Part shown: in pieces, positions 61,081-64,000 of the stretch
Layout: each line of letters opens with the position of its first letter
Position numbering within the stretch: position 1 is the first letter of the stretch
Source: an uncultured bacterium
GTDB lineage: Bacteria; Patescibacteriota; Saccharimonadia; UBA4664; SCTI01
Length of the DNA: 64,000 nt
Reading direction: 5' to 3'
Assembly: GCA_963721685.1 (NCBI GenBank)
Contig: CAVRJJ010000001.1
Location: forward strand, 303,950-367,949
The notes under the pieces: generated by a model
Databases searched by the model: none
The model's input: only the letters and a program-made list of their open reading frames with translations
What the model was told of the DNA's origin: nothing
Position numbers and translations under genes: made by a program

Positions 61081-61623
61081 ATGAATGATAAACAACAACT
61101 TCGGGAAGACTATAAGCGAAGGCTTGAAGCTCTGAGTCCGGGAGCGTATCGGCATAAGAGCGACACCATTTGCAATAAACTGTGTGCCCTTAATGAGTAC
61201 CATAACGCGACAACCGTTTTTTGCTACATGGCAACGACGCTCGAAGTGGATACTTCAAAGCTGATAAAGCGGGTTCTAGCCGACGGCAAAACTCTGGTTG
61301 TGCCCCGCATAGAAGGAGAGGCCATTGTTCCGCACCAAATTGCGAGTACTACCGAACTAATCCCCGGGCCTTTTGATATTCTTCATCCCAAGAGCAATAG
61401 TCCAACGATCGACGCAGGCCGCCTCGACTTGGTTGTCGTGCCCGGACTAGCCTTCACAAAGGGAGGTGTGCGCCTTGGCCGTGGCGGCGGGTACTTCGAC
61501 CGCTGGCTCCCCCTCCTGTCCGCTCACATTCCTACCATTGGACTGGCATTTGATTTTCAGATAGCCGATACGTTGCCCGAACAAGCGCATGATATCCGTG
61601 TTTCCCGCGTTATAAGCGCCTAA
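61081..61623 (+). CDS. 5-formyltetrahydrofolate cyclo-ligase
   Basis: EVDT, VVPGLAF...RLGRGGGYFDR, HD. Confidence 0.93.
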   Translation: MNDKQQLREDYKRRLEALSPGAYRHKSDTICNKLCALNEYHNATTVFCYMATTLEVDTSKLIKRVLADGKTLVVPRIEGEAIVPHQIASTTELIPGPFDILHPKSNSPTIDAGRLDLVVVPGLAFTKGGVRLGRGGGYFDRWLPLLSAHIPTIGLAFDFQIADTLPEQAHDIRVSRVISA

Positions 61624-61770
61624 GTTGAACTTGCTTTAGTAATTCGTCAGTTGACAAGATAGACACGTTATTGCTATTTACTATTAAGTCTAGATAGCCG
61701 GTGCGAAGGCATCTGACTTTGTACCCTACCATCCCCGATTTCGCACACCCTGAAGAGAGGAGGAAGCGAC

Positions 61771-61860
61771 TTGACCAATCTCAAGCACCGCGCGTATCCG
61801 CTGCTGATCGCCGCTGTCACCGTGCTGGCCAGCACGGGCGCCGCTTTCCGGGGCAACTGA
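61771..61860 (+). CDS. Small peptide, 29 aa, MTNLKHRAYPLLIAAVTVLASTGAAFRGN
   Basis: AGGAGG RBS, TTG start, GC3-rich codons, signal-like hydrophobic core. Confidence 0.7.
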   Translation: MTNLKHRAYPLLIAAVTVLASTGAAFRGN

Positions 61861-61973
61861 CCGTCCTTGGAGCCTCGGCTCCGCTACATCACTAGATAGG
61901 GGCAGCGCGCCCGTTGAGCGCCTGAACCAAGGCGCTGTACGTGCCTGCACTCGCAGAAAGAGAAGGGAAAGCC

Positions 61974-62051
61974 GTGTACGGAGTACCGTTGTGGGTTGAA
62001 TGGCTGATCTACGAAACGGTCCGCCTGGGCGGCTACTTCCACGGCGAGTAG
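61974..62051 (+). CDS. Small peptide, 25 aa, [25 protein letters not shown]
   Basis: Purine-rich RBS AGAAGGGA, GTG start, C-terminus resembles the neighbouring peptide. Confidence 0.6.
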   Translation: MYGVPLWVEWLIYETVRLGGYFHGE

Positions 62052-62092
62052 CTGGCGAACACCAACTGGGGCTTCGACCCCGCACCGCACTC

Positions 62093-62122
62093 GAGGGGGC
62101 GGGCTTCACGGCCCGCCCCCTC
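62093..62122 (+). terminator. GC-rich hairpin without U tract
   Basis: Perfect 12-bp gagggggcgggc/gcccgccccctc. Confidence 0.65.
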
Positions 62123-62140
62123 AACTATGTTCGACCAACC

Positions 62141-62169
62141 TTGACGCCACCCGCGTTTCCAGATACACT
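62141..62169 (+). promoter_or_regulatory. rpmE promoter
   Basis: TTGACG-17-TACACT, 9 nt before ATG. Confidence 0.7.
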
Positions 62170-62178
62170 ATCCAAGTT

Positions 62179-62541
62179 ATGAAGACCGGAATCCACCCCG
62201 AATTAAAACACACCGAGGTCCATTGCAACGGCTGCAATATTGAATTTACCACTGAAGCCACCGTTGAATCGATCACCGTCGATATTTGCTCAAACTGCCA
62301 TCCCTTTTATACCGGTAAGCAAAAGCTGGTAGATACCGCGGGCCGTGTTGAGAAATTCAAGGCGCGTACTGCCGCTGCTAAAAAAACCCAAGCCGCTGAA
62401 GCCAAACGCTTAGCCGCCAAAGCCGAGCAAGAAGGCGAAGAGGCTCAAAAAGCTGATCCTGAAATGAAAGAAATTGCGGAAGAGCTGAAAGCTGAAACAG
62501 TAGATACAGCTAAATCCAAAGACGCTAAGCCTGAAGCCTAG
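62179..62541 (+). CDS. rpmE: 50S ribosomal protein L31 with long Ala/Lys/Glu tail
   Basis: MKTGIHP, CxxC pairs, [18 protein letters not shown]. Confidence 0.96.
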   Translation: MKTGIHPELKHTEVHCNGCNIEFTTEATVESITVDICSNCHPFYTGKQKLVDTAGRVEKFKARTAAAKKTQAAEAKRLAAKAEQEGEEAQKADPEMKEIAEELKAETVDTAKSKDAKPEA

Positions 62542-62562
62542 CTAATATATAACGATAAAGCT

Positions 62563-62590
62563 TCCGGTTAATAGGCCGGATTTTTTATTT
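62563..62590 (+). terminator. Intrinsic terminator after rpmE
   Basis: tccggtt/ggccgga stem plus long T tract. Confidence 0.7.
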
Positions 62591-62670
62591 ATTTTTTACC
62601 TACCTAGATTTGAGTACTTAGCTGCTCAGTTTATACTCAAAGTTAAGTACCTTCTTAAAAAGATTAAGAT

Positions 62671-63732
62671 ATGATAAACACACCTATGGACGTCACCGAA
62701 CAAAAAATCCGCAATGAGTATGCTGAGGTTCAACGCAAGTTAACCGATAGCAGCCTGTTTGGCACACCGGAGTATATACCCTACGCCAAACGCCAGACTG
62801 AAATGCAGCCATTAATTGAGCTTTACGACAAGCGTGCCCAAATTGCCAATGACCTTGAGGCGCTTAAGGACCCTGAGCTCGCCGACATGGCAGCCGCTGA
62901 GCGCCCCACCCTTGAAGCGAGCTTGCGAGAAGTGGAAGATAAGCTGCGGCTGGCACTAGTTCCCAAAGACCCCAACGATAGCAAGGATGTCATTATTGAG
63001 ATCCGGGCCGGTGCCGGTGGAGACGAATCATCGCTATTCGCGGCCGAATTATACCGCGCCTATGTCCGCTACGCCGAAACCAAGGGCTGGAAAATTGAGC
63101 TCGACTCTGAAAGCCCAAGCGACGTTGGTGGTTTTAAAGAAGTAGTTTTTGAGATCCACGGCACCAACGTATACTCCGAAATGAAATATGAATCTGGAGT
63201 ACATCGCGTTCAGCGGGTTCCGGCAACCGAAAGCCAAGGCCGCGTTCATACTTCAACCGTAACAGTCGCGGTTTTGCCGGAAGCTGAAGAGACTGAACTG
63301 GTGATTAATGACGCCGACCTGCGGATTGACGTCTACCATGCCAGCGGACACGGCGGGCAAAGCGTTAACACTACCGATTCCGCCGTCCGTATTACCCACC
63401 TCCCTACTGGCGTAGTGGTAGCGATGCAGGACGAAAAAAGCCAGCTTAAAAATAAGCAGAAGGCCATGAGCGTCTTGCGCTCGCGTTTGCTGGCAGCCAA
63501 GCTTGAAAAAGAGCAAAAGGAAAACCGCGAAGCCCGTTTGTCACAAATTGGCACCGGCGACCGGTCGGAAAAAGTACGTACCTATAATTTCCCCCAAGAC
63601 CGTATTACCGACCATCGTATCGGGCGCACCCAGCATGGCCTTCCCGCTTATATGACGGGTGATATTGGTCCAATGATTGAAGCCCTGCAGACTGAAGACC
63701 TGAAACAACGACTGGCAGAAGCCGGAGCATGA
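62671..63732 (+). CDS. prfA: Peptide chain release factor 1
   Basis: HRVQRVPATE (PxT), GGQ, DRSEKVRTYNFPQ. Confidence 0.97.
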   Translation: MINTPMDVTEQKIRNEYAEVQRKLTDSSLFGTPEYIPYAKRQTEMQPLIELYDKRAQIANDLEALKDPELADMAAAERPTLEASLREVEDKLRLALVPKDPNDSKDVIIEIRAGAGGDESSLFAAELYRAYVRYAETKGWKIELDSESPSDVGGFKEVVFEIHGTNVYSEMKYESGVHRVQRVPATESQGRVHTSTVTVAVLPEAEETELVINDADLRIDVYHASGHGGQSVNTTDSAVRITHLPTGVVVAMQDEKSQLKNKQKAMSVLRSRLLAAKLEKEQKENREARLSQIGTGDRSEKVRTYNFPQDRITDHRIGRTQHGLPAYMTGDIGPMIEALQTEDLKQRLAEAGA

Positions 63733-63766
63733 ATCATACTTCATGCTCTAGTCGGGTTAACTTTAG

Positions 63767-64000
63767 ATGACCATTGGCGAGGCTCAAAAAACCGGAGAGC
63801 AAATACTCAGGAAGGCAGGCATTGAAAGTAAGCACATTGATACCTCGCTGCTACTTGCTAAGGTTACCGGTAAACCACGTAGCTGGGTGTTTGCTCATTT
63901 GGATGAAAAGTTAAGTCCATCGGTTGCGCAGGATTTTCTGGAGCTCATCAACCAACGTGCCCAACGTGTTCCCTTGGTCCACTTAACTAACACCAGGGAG
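63767..64000 (+). CDS. prmC: Release factor Gln methyltransferase, N-terminal part (runs off window)
   Basis: L..AGIES....LLL...R..R.PL.HL; follows prfA. Confidence 0.8.
   Translation, partial: MTIGEAQKTGEQILRKAGIESKHIDTSLLLAKVTGKPRSWVFAHLDEKLSPSVAQDFLELINQRAQRVPLVHLTNTRE

Noticed and set aside
60931-61203. Long N-terminal extensions of RpsB (also ProS, FtsW, XseA) in the ORF track
   Set aside because: Upstream in-frame starts overlap neighbouring genes; conserved N-termini begin at 60930, 57210, 8917 and 26092.

Overview
Chromosomal segment of a Patescibacteria (CPR) bacterium, most likely Saccharibacteria-like. The inference rests on the gene set: sigma70-r4/HARE-HTH protein, TrwB/VirD4-like ATPase, homodimeric GlyRS, class I LysRS, MurD+MurL, a compact dcw cluster and largely leaderless genes. 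It is mostly housekeeping: dcw cluster (mraZ-rsmH-ftsL-ftsI-mraY-ftsW-murG-ftsQ), glyQS, recO, a PAS/GAF two-component pair, xseAB, pyrG, dut, ftsEX with peptidoglycan hydrolases, prfB, secA, serS, lysS, greA, mreBCD-mrdA, proS, rseP, frr-tsf-rpsB, rpmE-prfA-prmC. Several essential genes carry single-base frameshifts that are probably sequencing errors. The unusual signals are intergenic or accessory. (1) A 69-nt tmRNA tRNA-like domain with no mRNA-like domain lies divergent from a ~60-nt promoter-driven RNA whose 7-nt hairpin loop is its exact complement. (2) A GC-rich locus encodes two unannotated 25-29 aa peptides sharing a C-terminal G-x-x-F-[RH]-G-[NE] motif. (3) A GC-rich secreted Pro/Cys-rich gene is flanked by mutually complementary UTRs. 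(4) An AbrB/MazE-YvcK fusion keeps a palindromic operator. (5) The dcw operon contains structured RNAs and a small ORF. (6) A recurrent AGCRTAAGC promoter motif, a circularly permuted M23 peptidase and other candidate sRNAs. All calls are by eye from sequence; no searches or folding programs were run.
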